Shown here one piece after another: positions 38,185-47,197 of a DNA stretch of 64,000 nt. A model generated the notes under the pieces. It was not told where the DNA came from. It searched no databases and worked only from the letters and a program-made list of their open reading frames with translations. The first letter of the stretch is position 1; every line of letters starts with the position of its first letter. The stretch comes from an uncultured Armatimonadetes bacterium (lineage in GTDB: Bacteria > Armatimonadota > Hebobacteria > Hebobacterales > Hebobacteraceae). Location: positions 3,533,684 through 3,597,683 of the forward strand of contig OY970296.1 in assembly GCA_963716175.1 (NCBI GenBank), in the 5' to 3' direction. The translations under genes and the position numbers were made by a program.

Positions 38185-39933
38185 CTACCCGGCCGCCCGG
38201 CGAGCCCTGCCCGAGCGGACTACCTTGAAGGTTCCGGACGTCTTCTGCCATGCCACCAGGTAGTCGCCTGGGAGCAGCACCGACCAGGCCATTTCCCGGG
38301 GCGAGATGTCTCCATCTTGCCGCACCACACGCACCGGAACCGGCCGGCCCCTCCGCAGTGCCACTGCTTGTTCGAGGCTATTGCGGAAGACTTGTGCTCC
38401 CAGGTGGGTCTCTGGCAGATCCTGTACGTACAGGGCCAGATGGCCGCTTGGCCCTTGCAGCCGGTCTGCCAGATCAGCGCTGGCAGTAACGATCCGGGCC
38501 GCGGTTCGTCTCGCTTCCCTCCAGGGCAAGATGTACCAGGAGGTCAGACCAGCGGCGACGAGGAGGACGACCGCGATCCCAGCTCCGCGCTGCCAGCCCA
38601 TCTGGCGCGCACTGCACAGATCGCCGAAGAGCCACACCAGGCCAATCGTTGGCAAGTAAGCGAACCGGCTGTGTTCCAAGTCTGGCGCGGCTGCCGCCAG
38701 CGTCCACGCTGGCACCAGCATGAACAGGAAGAAGCCCGACCACAGCATGAGCCGACGACCGGGCACTCCTCCGAGTTGGCGCATCATCCACAGCAGGCCC
38801 AGTGCCATCAGCACCACAGTGACGGGCAGCCAGGGTCCACCCGCGAGCCGGAACAGGTCCTGATGAACCGGGAAGAAGAAGGCGACGATATGCCGAAAGG
38901 GCGTCCATGGCAAGACGGTGTCGTGGGCAGTCAGGTGGAGAGGGTATCCGCCCAGTCCGCCCCTGACGTGAATGCGCCACGCCAGATACCCGCAGAGCAC
39001 GATCGAGTAGCATCCCCCGACCATCACTGTGCGCCGCCAGCGGCCTTCCGGCTGCCCCAGAGCGGCCCAGAGCAGGGCCGCCGCTGGCAGCGCCAGGGCC
39101 GCCTCCTTGCTCAACAGGGCAAGCAGGAAGCTGCCCAGCGCGGCGGCCATGGCGAGCCACTGCCAGGCCCGCGCGGAGGAGGTGAGATAGGCCTGCAGGC
39201 TGAGCAGGGACAGGAGACAGAAGCAGGTGCACAGCAGGTCGGCGCTGCAGGAGGCCCAGACCACGGTTTCCACGTGAAGCGGATGCAACGCGAACAGCAT
39301 TCCCGCCAGGCCCGCCCCCAGTCTGCTGCCGGTCACACGACTCGCCAGCAGGTAGACCAGGACCGAGTTGGCCGCGTGCAGAGAGACGCTGGCGAGATGA
39401 TAGCCCATGGGCGCCCCTGCCCAGGCCTTCACGCCGATCCACCATAGCAGCATGGACACCGGCCGAGAGAAGTACTCCAGCACCTGACTGGTTGCTGCTT
39501 CGCGTAGGCCTCCGGCGGACTGCGCCACCCAGAGCAACCCGAAGTCGTCCGAGAGGAGGCCGACCTTCAGGCTTGGGAGATACACCAGGATGGCGGCCGC
39601 TATCACGGCAGTGGCAGGAGCCAGGCTCCTGCCCAATATGGCAGGCGCCGCCCGCGTCTCCGGCGTCTTGCTCGCGGCCGCAGGCGAGAAACCCAAGAGC
39701 CCGCGCCCGGCCACGGCCACCACTACCAGGCAGAGGGCGGCGACATTCGCGCTCCATTCCGCTGTCGGGAGGGCCGGCAGAAACCACCACCGCCACGCCA
39801 GGGCGGCCACCGCGATGCCGGCCGCCGCATTCACCAGGCGACGATCTCGCCTCCCGGCGGCCGCGGCGAGCCGGCCGGTCTTGCTCGTCCTCTTCCCGCG
39901 GGCGCGAGGTGGGCGCTTGAGGCCGTGGTGCAC
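38185..39933 (-). CDS. GT-C-fold membrane glycosyltransferase, TMTC/PMT-like (DUF1736-like YHL.N..LH motif)
   Basis: start trimmed to GTG just after the flavoprotein stop; YHLASVSLHAANSVLVYLL, HPLHVETV motifs; TPR partner encoded separately downstream. Confidence 0.65.
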   Translation of the reverse strand: MHHGLKRPPRARGKRTSKTGRLAAAAGRRDRRLVNAAAGIAVAALAWRWWFLPALPTAEWSANVAALCLVVVAVAGRGLLGFSPAAASKTPETRAAPAILGRSLAPATAVIAAAILVYLPSLKVGLLSDDFGLLWVAQSAGGLREAATSQVLEYFSRPVSMLLWWIGVKAWAGAPMGYHLASVSLHAANSVLVYLLASRVTGSRLGAGLAGMLFALHPLHVETVVWASCSADLLCTCFCLLSLLSLQAYLTSSARAWQWLAMAAALGSFLLALLSKEAALALPAAALLWAALGQPEGRWRRTVMVGGCYSIVLCGYLAWRIHVRGGLGGYPLHLTAHDTVLPWTPFRHIVAFFFPVHQDLFRLAGGPWLPVTVVLMALGLLWMMRQLGGVPGRRLMLWSGFFLFMLVPAWTLAAAAPDLEHSRFAYLPTIGLVWLFGDLCSARQMGWQRGAGIAVVLLVAAGLTSWYILPWREARRTAARIVTASADLADRLQGPSGHLALYVQDLPETHLGAQVFRNSLEQAVALRRGRPVPVRVVRQDGDISPREMAWSVLLPGDYLVAWQKTSGTFKVVRSGRARRAAG

Positions 39934-39935
39934 TT

Positions 39936-40523
39936 TCAGTCCCCCAGGCTGAGCTGCGCCAACCGCCGCCCCAGATCGCGCGCGGCCTCTAGCGCTCGCG
40001 CGTCTTGCAGAACATCGCCCGGGTCGCGTCCCACCGCACATACCTGCCAGCCCGCGTCGGAGGGGGAACCGGCCAGCATCATCCCGTGGTTGAGGGCGCA
40101 GGCGAGAACATGCGTGGCCGCCACCTCCTGGCCGCCCCAACGTGCGGCCCCGACCGTCACCACGGCGATCACCTTGCCCGACAGCTTGCGTCCCATCCAC
40201 CACAGCGGCCGCATGCGGTCGAAGACCGCTTTCAACTGCGCTGTCATGCTGTTGAGATAGACTGGCGTGCCGAACACGATGGCATCGGCCCAACCGAGCA
40301 GGGGATAGAGCTCCGTCATGTCATCCTGTTGGACGCAGCGGCCGGAGGGATCGCGCACACAAGAGGCGCAGGCGGTGCAGGGCATGATGGTTCTTCCCGC
40401 GACCGTGAACAGGGTGGCGGCCGCGCCCTCCTCCCGCGCCGCCTCCAGCACCCGCTCCATCAACAGCTCCGTATTCCCGCCCTTCCGCGGGCTGCCGACG
40501 AGGCCGAGGATATGCTGCATCAT
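39936..40523 (-). CDS. iron-sulfur flavoprotein (Isf) / NADPH-dependent FMN reductase family
   Basis: SPRKGGNT flavodoxin-like N-term and compact CX2CX2CX7C cluster motif. Confidence 0.8.
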   Translation of the reverse strand: MMQHILGLVGSPRKGGNTELLMERVLEAAREEGAAATLFTVAGRTIMPCTACASCVRDPSGRCVQQDDMTELYPLLGWADAIVFGTPVYLNSMTAQLKAVFDRMRPLWWMGRKLSGKVIAVVTVGAARWGGQEVAATHVLACALNHGMMLAGSPSDAGWQVCAVGRDPGDVLQDARALEAARDLGRRLAQLSLGD

Positions 40524-40672
40524 TGCCTCTCTCAGTTGGGCTGCGTTTATCCACGGGGCCGGCTGGGTCCTGCTATTCAGCCGGGTGCTGGAAAGACTGA
40601 GCCGTCTGGGTTATAGTTGGGTGCGTCAGCCGGGGTGGGTGCCTGCCTCTGGCCCGGGTCTGGACGCGACCA

Positions 40673-42253
40673 ATGGCGAATCGGCTAACGAACAACATGC
40701 TTCGCCGCCTCGCCTCCGAGATCGGCGTCGTCCGCAAGGACCACGGCGGCCGGCTCCGCGTCTGCCTGGTCTACCCGAACACCTACTTCGTGGGCATGTC
40801 CAGCCTGGGCTTGCAGGCCGTCTACCATCTCTTCAACGCCCGCCCCAATGTGGTCTGCGAGCGGGCCTTCTTGCCTGACCCCGCGGACTTGGCCGACCTG
40901 GTCCGCACCGGCGCCCCGCTAGTCTCCTATGAGTCACAGACTCCTCTCCAGCAGTTCGATGCCATCGCCTTCTCCATCTCCTATGAACTCGATTACATGA
41001 ATCTCGCGCGGGTGCTGCGGCTAGCGAAGCTGCCAGTGATGGCCCACGAACGGGACGACCGCCATCCCCTGGTTGTGGCCGGAGGCGCGGCCGTTTCCAT
41101 CAACCCGGAGCCGCTCGCCGACCTGGTGGATTTGTTCGTGGTAGGAGAGGCGGAGCCGGTTTGCGATCGGTTGCTGGCGGCGCTCGCCGGCCGCCTGTCG
41201 AGAGAAGAGCTGCTGGCAGGGCTGCCGGACCTGCCAGGGGTACACGTTCCGGCCCGAGGAAGCTTGCATGAGGGCTTGGCGAGGAGAGCCGTCCAACGCC
41301 AATATGCCCGGCCTTTGGATGCCTGGCCGACTCACTCGCGCCTCCTCACGCCGGACACGGAGTTCGGCAACCTATTCCTGGTTGAGGCCGCCCGCGGCTG
41401 CGGGCGGGGCTGCAAGTTCTGCGTGACGCCGGCCTGCTACTGGCCGTTGCGGTGGCGCTCGGCGGGGAAGATCATGGAATCAGTGGAGGCCGGTCTGGCC
41501 CACCGCGATGCGGTGGGCCTGGTCGGTGCTGCTGTCTCCGACCACCCCGAGATCGAGGAGATCGCGCGCCGCATCCGAGGGGCGGGCGCCAGACTGTCGG
41601 TCTCCTCCTTGCGCGCGGACACGGTGTCTCCAGCGCTCATCGGAGTTCTGGCCGGGAGCGGCGCCCGCAGCATCACCGTGGCGCCGGAGGCGGGGAGCGA
41701 CCGGCTGCGCGCGGCAATCGGCAAGGGTATCTCGGAGCAGGAGATCATCAAGGCGCTGCGCACGGCCGCCGACGGCGGCATCAGGGAGGCAAAGCTCTAT
41801 TTCATGGTGGGCTTGCCCGGGGAAGGGGAGGAGGACGTCGCCGCCATACCCGCCCTGGTCCGTAAGTGCCTCACGGCCGCCCACCTCGGCGCGCTGACCG
41901 TCGCCGTCGGTGCATTCGTGCCCAAACCCCACACCCCGTACGAACGTGAGCCCATGCTGTGGGTCGCCGAGCTCTGGCGCCGGCTGCGCGCCGTCCGCGA
42001 GGAGCTGCGGGGCGAACCGCGGGTCAAGTTGGCGCTGGAGAGCGCCAACTGGTCCTACCTGGAGGGGGCGCTCAGTCGGGGTGACAGGCGCCTGGGGCCG
42101 GTTATCGCTGCCGCGGAAGCGAGGGGAGGCAACCTGGCGGCCTGGCGCACCGCCTTCCGAGAGGCCGGCCTGAGCGCCGAGCAGTTCGCCGGTCGCGCCC
42201 CTGAAGGTGAGCTGCCCTGGGGGTTCATCCTCCCAGACGGGAGCAGTTTCTGA
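40673..42253 (+). CDS. B12-binding-domain radical SAM protein (TIGR03960-like uncharacterised family)
   Basis: LVYPNTYFVGMSSLGLQ N-term, CGRGCKFC, 526 aa. Confidence 0.75.
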   Translation: MANRLTNNMLRRLASEIGVVRKDHGGRLRVCLVYPNTYFVGMSSLGLQAVYHLFNARPNVVCERAFLPDPADLADLVRTGAPLVSYESQTPLQQFDAIAFSISYELDYMNLARVLRLAKLPVMAHERDDRHPLVVAGGAAVSINPEPLADLVDLFVVGEAEPVCDRLLAALAGRLSREELLAGLPDLPGVHVPARGSLHEGLARRAVQRQYARPLDAWPTHSRLLTPDTEFGNLFLVEAARGCGRGCKFCVTPACYWPLRWRSAGKIMESVEAGLAHRDAVGLVGAAVSDHPEIEEIARRIRGAGARLSVSSLRADTVSPALIGVLAGSGARSITVAPEAGSDRLRAAIGKGISEQEIIKALRTAADGGIREAKLYFMVGLPGEGEEDVAAIPALVRKCLTAAHLGALTVAVGAFVPKPHTPYEREPMLWVAELWRRLRAVREELRGEPRVKLALESANWSYLEGALSRGDRRLGPVIAAAEARGGNLAAWRTAFREAGLSAEQFAGRAPEGELPWGFILPDGSSF

Positions 42254-42394
42254 CGCGAGGGGCGCCGGCCGCTCGCGAGCCCCTGCGGGAACGAGGAAAT
42301 GACAGGCCGGCCCGAGTTGAGGCTAGGCCCAGATGGCAGGTAGTGTCATCTGGGTCGCCGAAAGATAGGCTGTAGGGTGCAGATGTAGTGCAGA

Positions 42395-42423
42395 TTGACT
42401 TGACCTGGCCGCCGTGCTAGCAT
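42395..42423 (+). promoter_or_regulatory. putative promoter TTGACT-N17-TAGCAT upstream of giant gene
   Basis: hexamers read from sequence. Confidence 0.4.
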
Positions 42424-42432
42424 GGCGCTCGG

Positions 42433-42522
42433 ATGAGGACTTGGCCGGCGGCGGAGAGAACGCGGCCGGCGAGGGTTTTGGACTGGCCCTCCGCCGGCAA
42501 AGCAGGAGGCGACTCGACATGA
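42433..42522 (+). other. 29-codon upstream ORF (MRTWPAAERTRPARVLDWPSAGKAGGDST) ending in ATGA overlap with main start
   Basis: in-frame ATG..TGA; stop overlaps main ATG 42519; could be coincidental. Confidence 0.25.
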
Positions 42523-45500
42523 ACGCAGCGCTCCGGTTCGGCATGCGGCGGGGGTTGATCTTTGGGCTCAGTGGTCTGCTCCTTGCCGTTCTCTGGGCCT
42601 CTTCCCCGGCGCTCGCGGCGCTGGGGAAGAAAGAGCCGACCCCGGAGCAGAAGAAGTGGTGGAAGACCTTCTCGAATGAGGTCAAGTCGGCCAATATCGA
42701 GCGCCACGTCGTCAACCTGAGCAACTCAGGTCCTCGCCTGGCTGGCTATCCCGGGGCCGAGGTGGCGGCCGAGTATATCGCGAAGGAAGTGCAGGCCCTG
42801 GGCCTGAAGGATGCCAGCCACGGCGGCCTCGATCCCAAGCTCCCCTACCGCGAAGCTTACTGGGTGACCGTTCCCTGGGTCTGGGGGCAGCCCACGGTGG
42901 AGGTGCTGGTCGGCGGCAAAGCCGTGGCGAGCTATCCGGTCTATCCCCTCTGGCCGAACCTGGTCCGGACCTCCCAATTGCCGGAAGGGGGCAAGACCTA
43001 CCGCTTGATAGCTGGCGGTGATGGAAGTCTGGCCGAGTTCAGCGGGAAAGACGTCGAGGACACGGCCGTTCTGCTGCAGTTCTCCGGTGGCACCACGTGG
43101 CTGAACGCCCCTCGCCTGGGCGCCCGCGCGGTGATCTTCATCGAGCCGGAGGCGCTCGAGCGGGGCGAGGCCGAGGCCAAGTTCCTGCGCATCCCCATCA
43201 ACATCCCTCGCTACTGGATCTCCCGCAGCGATGCCAACCGCTTGATCGCCAGGCTGAAGTCCCAGCCGGAGGTGATGATCCGGATTCAGTGCCACATGAC
43301 CTGGGAGAGAAAGCAGGCCTGGAATATCGTGGCCGAGATCCCGGGCACCGACAAAGAGCTGAAGAAGCAGGCGGTCTATCTCACCGCCTACTACGACACC
43401 ATGTCCATGGTGCCCCAGCTCTCGCCAGGGGCCGAGAGCACCGCGGGGGCGGCCAGCCTGCTCGAGCTGACCAGGATTCTGGCCAGGTATCCCCCCAAAC
43501 GCACGGTGCGGGTGATCTTCAACGGGGCCCATTTCCTGGGTCTGGCTGGGGTTCGCAACTACGTCGCCACGCACCTGAAGGAGCTGACCGACGGCCTGCC
43601 GGTGAGGGAGCGGACGCGCTTCTTGGGGTTGATCCCCTACACCCACACCGTGATGAAGAAGATGCCGATCAACCTCTTCCTGGCTTTCGACCTGTCCACT
43701 CACCACAGCCGGGTTGGCCTCTTCTACAAGGGGTTCTTCTACGACCAGCGCGAGGATATGGATATCAGCCGCCAGTTCTCTGATTTCGCCCGCACCCTGA
43801 GAGAGAATGCGGGGCTGATGGCGGATTGGGAGACGACCAAGGGCTTCACTGACGCCGAGGCCGGGTTCGCGGATGGCGTGAACCCGATCTACGGCAAGCC
43901 CTGGCGCACCTTCATCTTCGGGAAGATCGCGCTGGACAATGAGCCCATCACTCTGGGTGGGGGACGGGGAGCAGGCTTCGTCACCACCGATGACTCCCGG
44001 CCCCTGTTGGACACCCCCTTCGACACCGTTGACCAGGTGAACTTCAAGAACCTGTACACGCAGAGCTGCTTCCTTGCCGCCACCCTGTGGGACGTCGTGA
44101 ACGACCCCAAGATGCCGGTGGACAAGGACCCCAAGTTCGCGCGGATGACGCTCTCCGGCGGCTTCGCCGAGCTGACGGCGAAGGCCCTGGCCTTCGATCC
44201 CACCAGGAGCGTGGTGGCCGACAAAGTGGTGTCAGGCACCATGGTGGTGGCTCGCATGTCGGACTCCACCCTGATGGGCACGCGCGGTGACCTGGTGGAG
44301 ATCGTTGACGACCGGGGCCGCAGCCACTTCTGGGGTTACCCCACCATCAACGCTTACGGCTGGCGCAAGCCCAGCTACATCGAGGCCTACCACACCAACC
44401 CGCAGACCGGCGACATTGACTACGCTCCCGACTGGGGCCCCATGGTCAGCCGCAGCAACCCCGATCCCACCCAGTTCTTCATCACCTCCGGCAAGAAAGA
44501 ATGCACCATCGTCATCTTCGACTGCGTCCCCATTGCCCTCTATGACCTGGTTGACCCGCAGAGCCTGACCACGCTCCGCTATATCAAGGTCTACGACGGC
44601 CAGACCGATGCCGAGCCCAGACGCTACGGGCTGACCGTTCCCCATCCCGAGCCGCTGCGCGGCCATGTGGAGGACGTGGCCCTGGTGTTTGCGGACAAGG
44701 GCCAGCGGGTGAAGGTGATGATGGGCCTGGGGGGCGGCTCGATCCGCATGCTGTTGCTGAACGCGGCGACCATCAGCCCCAAGTACGAGAGCGGGCTGGG
44801 GTATCTCGCGGACAAGCCCTTCGCGCTCTCCCACACCCCGCTGCGGGTGACACAGGACATGTGGAAGCTGGACGACCTGCGGATGAAGAAGCTGGAGGGC
44901 TTCCGCATCGTGAATGAGGTGGTGCGATCCCTGCACACCACCGCCGGGACGCTGCTGGCGAAAGCGCAGAAGGCGCTGGACCGCAAAGACTACGAGCTGG
45001 CCGATGCCGAGGCGCGAGCGGCCTGGGGCTATGAGGCGCGGGCCTATCCCGCCGTGCTCTCCACTATGAACGACGTGGTGAAGGGCGTGCTCTTCTACCT
45101 CGCGCTGATGCTGCCGTTCGCCTTTTTCGTGGAGCGCCTGGTGTTCGCTTTCCCCAACCTGCGCACCCAGATCTTCGGCATCGTCATCATCTTCGCGGTG
45201 ATCTGCCTGATCTTCAGCTTCATCCATCCCGCCTTCGAGATCACCAAGAACCCCTGGATCGTGCCGCTGGCCTTCATTATGGTGGCCCTCAGCGTGTTGG
45301 TGATCACGCTGGTGACGATGAAGTTCGAGACTCAGCTCAAGATGCTCCAGATGAAAGTCTCCGGGGTGCACCGCGCCGACATCGGGCGCATGAGCGTGGC
45401 CGCCGCGGCCTTCGCCCTGGGGATCAGCAACATGCGCAAGCGCCGCGCCCGCACCGTGTTCACCTGCCTCACCCTGATCCTGCTCACCTTCACCGTGCTC

Positions 45501-47156
45501 TCCTTCACCTCGGTGAAGACCGCCACTCGCTACAACGAGCGCCGCGCCAAGGGCAAGCCCACCTACCAGGGCCTGCTGGTGCGCAACGCCATGTGGGAGC
45601 CGCTGGAGGAGTCAGCCTATCGGGTGCTGGATGACGAGTTCGGCCGCAGCCGGGCGGTGGCGCCTCGCGCCTGGTTCTTCACCTCCAAGACCGAGGAGCA
45701 GTCCTTCCTGCTCGTGAAGAGCCCGGCCACCGGGACCACCTACGACGCCCGCGCAGTCACCGGGCTGACCCCGGCCGAAACCGAGGTCACCGGCCTCAAC
45801 CACGCCCTGCTACCTGGCGGGCGCTGGTTCCGGCCCGGCGACGTGCATGCCGCCATCATCTCCGCCCGCATGGCGGACGCCTTCCACCTTCTGCCGAGCG
45901 ATGCGGGGAAGGTGAAGATTGACCTGGGCGGCGTGCCGTATGACCTGATCGGCATCCTCGACGCCAGCAAGGCGAAGCGCATCCTGGATCTGGACCAGGA
46001 ACCGCTCACCCCGGTGGACTGGATTCAGATGCAGCGCATGGCGCGGCAGGGCGGCGGCCAGCAGCAGCAGGGCCAGAAGTCAGGGTTCCAGGAGTACCTG
46101 CACCTCTCGCCCGACCAGGTGGTGTTCGTGCCCTTCAACACCGCCATCAACCTGGGGGCGGAGGTCGAGTCCGTGGCGGTGAGCTTCATCACCCCGCAGG
46201 AGGTGAAGCAGACCCTCCGCGCCCTCATGCCCAGGCTCGGCTTCAACCTCTACGCCGGCACCGGCACTGAGATCCGCAAGTGGAGCGCCATCGGGCGCAC
46301 CTCCATCTCCGGGATGAGCGATATCCTCATCCCCATCCTGATCGCGGCCCTGATCGTGCTCAACACCATGCTGGGCGCGGTCTACGAGCGGGTGCGAGAG
46401 ATTCACATCTTCAGCTCCATCGGGCTCGCCCCCAGCCACATCGCCACCCTGTTCATGGCCGAGTCCTTCGTCTACGCCATCCTGGGCGCCATCTTCGGCT
46501 ACCTCATCGGCCAGGGTATGGCCAAGATCATCACCGCCCTGCACCTTCTGCCCGGCCTCTACCTCAACTACTCGTCCGTGTCGGCGGTGGCCTCCACCAC
46601 CGTGGTCATCGGCGTGGTGCTGCTGTCCACGGTGTATCCGGCTCGCAAGGCCTCCGAGGTAGCCACGCCAGCGCTCGATCGCCGGTGGCAGGTGCCGGAG
46701 CCAGTTGGCGATTCCTGGGACATCCCCCTGCCCTTCGCGGTCACTGGCGAACAGGCCAACGCGCTCATCCGGTTCATGGTGGAGTGGTTCGAGGCCTATG
46801 AGGAGTATTCCATCGGGGATTTCGTCACCCAGGATGTCACCAACTTCGAGGAGAAGGCGGATTACGGCACTGCCTACGTGATTCAGCTCATGGCCTGGGT
46901 GGCGCCCTTCGACCTGGGCGTCAGCCAGAAGGTGCAGCTGCGGACCGTGCCCACCGACATGGAGGACGTGTTCGAGATCATGCTCCACCTGGAGCGTGTG
47001 AGCGGAGACGTCTCATCCTGGCGGCGGGTGAATCGCCGCTTCCTCAACACCTTGCGCAAGCAATTCCTGATCTGGCGGACGCTGCGAGCGGAAGAGCGAG
47101 ACCGCTATCTGGGCCTGACCCCGGCCGCCGGCGCCGCCGCGGAGGCCGCCTCCTGA
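42519..47156 (+). CDS. giant (~1545 aa) envelope protein: signal peptide, M28/PA-domain peptidase-like ectodomain with substituted metal ligands, central unknown region, C-terminal FtsX/MacB-type 4-TM permease module
   Basis: AGGAGG SD 6 nt upstream; M28-like blocks (NIVAEIPG, AYYDTM, GAESTAGAAS); FtsX signature region ...ERVREIHIFSSIGLAPS... Confidence 0.75.
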   Translation: MNAALRFGMRRGLIFGLSGLLLAVLWASSPALAALGKKEPTPEQKKWWKTFSNEVKSANIERHVVNLSNSGPRLAGYPGAEVAAEYIAKEVQALGLKDASHGGLDPKLPYREAYWVTVPWVWGQPTVEVLVGGKAVASYPVYPLWPNLVRTSQLPEGGKTYRLIAGGDGSLAEFSGKDVEDTAVLLQFSGGTTWLNAPRLGARAVIFIEPEALERGEAEAKFLRIPINIPRYWISRSDANRLIARLKSQPEVMIRIQCHMTWERKQAWNIVAEIPGTDKELKKQAVYLTAYYDTMSMVPQLSPGAESTAGAASLLELTRILARYPPKRTVRVIFNGAHFLGLAGVRNYVATHLKELTDGLPVRERTRFLGLIPYTHTVMKKMPINLFLAFDLSTHHSRVGLFYKGFFYDQREDMDISRQFSDFARTLRENAGLMADWETTKGFTDAEAGFADGVNPIYGKPWRTFIFGKIALDNEPITLGGGRGAGFVTTDDSRPLLDTPFDTVDQVNFKNLYTQSCFLAATLWDVVNDPKMPVDKDPKFARMTLSGGFAELTAKALAFDPTRSVVADKVVSGTMVVARMSDSTLMGTRGDLVEIVDDRGRSHFWGYPTINAYGWRKPSYIEAYHTNPQTGDIDYAPDWGPMVSRSNPDPTQFFITSGKKECTIVIFDCVPIALYDLVDPQSLTTLRYIKVYDGQTDAEPRRYGLTVPHPEPLRGHVEDVALVFADKGQRVKVMMGLGGGSIRMLLLNAATISPKYESGLGYLADKPFALSHTPLRVTQDMWKLDDLRMKKLEGFRIVNEVVRSLHTTAGTLLAKAQKALDRKDYELADAEARAAWGYEARAYPAVLSTMNDVVKGVLFYLALMLPFAFFVERLVFAFPNLRTQIFGIVIIFAVICLIFSFIHPAFEITKNPWIVPLAFIMVALSVLVITLVTMKFETQLKMLQMKVSGVHRADIGRMSVAAAAFALGISNMRKRRARTVFTCLTLILLTFTVLSFTSVKTATRYNERRAKGKPTYQGLLVRNAMWEPLEESAYRVLDDEFGRSRAVAPRAWFFTSKTEEQSFLLVKSPATGTTYDARAVTGLTPAETEVTGLNHALLPGGRWFRPGDVHAAIISARMADAFHLLPSDAGKVKIDLGGVPYDLIGILDASKAKRILDLDQEPLTPVDWIQMQRMARQGGGQQQQGQKSGFQEYLHLSPDQVVFVPFNTAINLGAEVESVAVSFITPQEVKQTLRALMPRLGFNLYAGTGTEIRKWSAIGRTSISGMSDILIPILIAALIVLNTMLGAVYERVREIHIFSSIGLAPSHIATLFMAESFVYAILGAIFGYLIGQGMAKIITALHLLPGLYLNYSSVSAVASTTVVIGVVLLSTVYPARKASEVATPALDRRWQVPEPVGDSWDIPLPFAVTGEQANALIRFMVEWFEAYEEYSIGDFVTQDVTNFEEKADYGTAYVIQLMAWVAPFDLGVSQKVQLRTVPTDMEDVFEIMLHLERVSGDVSSWRRVNRRFLNTLRKQFLIWRTLRAEERDRYLGLTPAAGAAAEAAS

Positions 47157-47197
47157 GGGGGGCTGGAGAGCAAGTGGTTCCATTCTACACAGGATAG

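Noticed and set aside
38185-40293. 702-aa form of the GT-C gene starting at 40293
   Set aside because: The first ~120 codons are Arg/Gly-rich and overlap the Isf flavoprotein gene on the same strand in another frame. The start was moved to the GTG just after the Isf stop.
42726-43706. 326-aa minus-strand ORF inside the giant gene
   Set aside because: Antisense shadow ORF. The plus strand has a continuous 1545-aa frame with recognisable domains.
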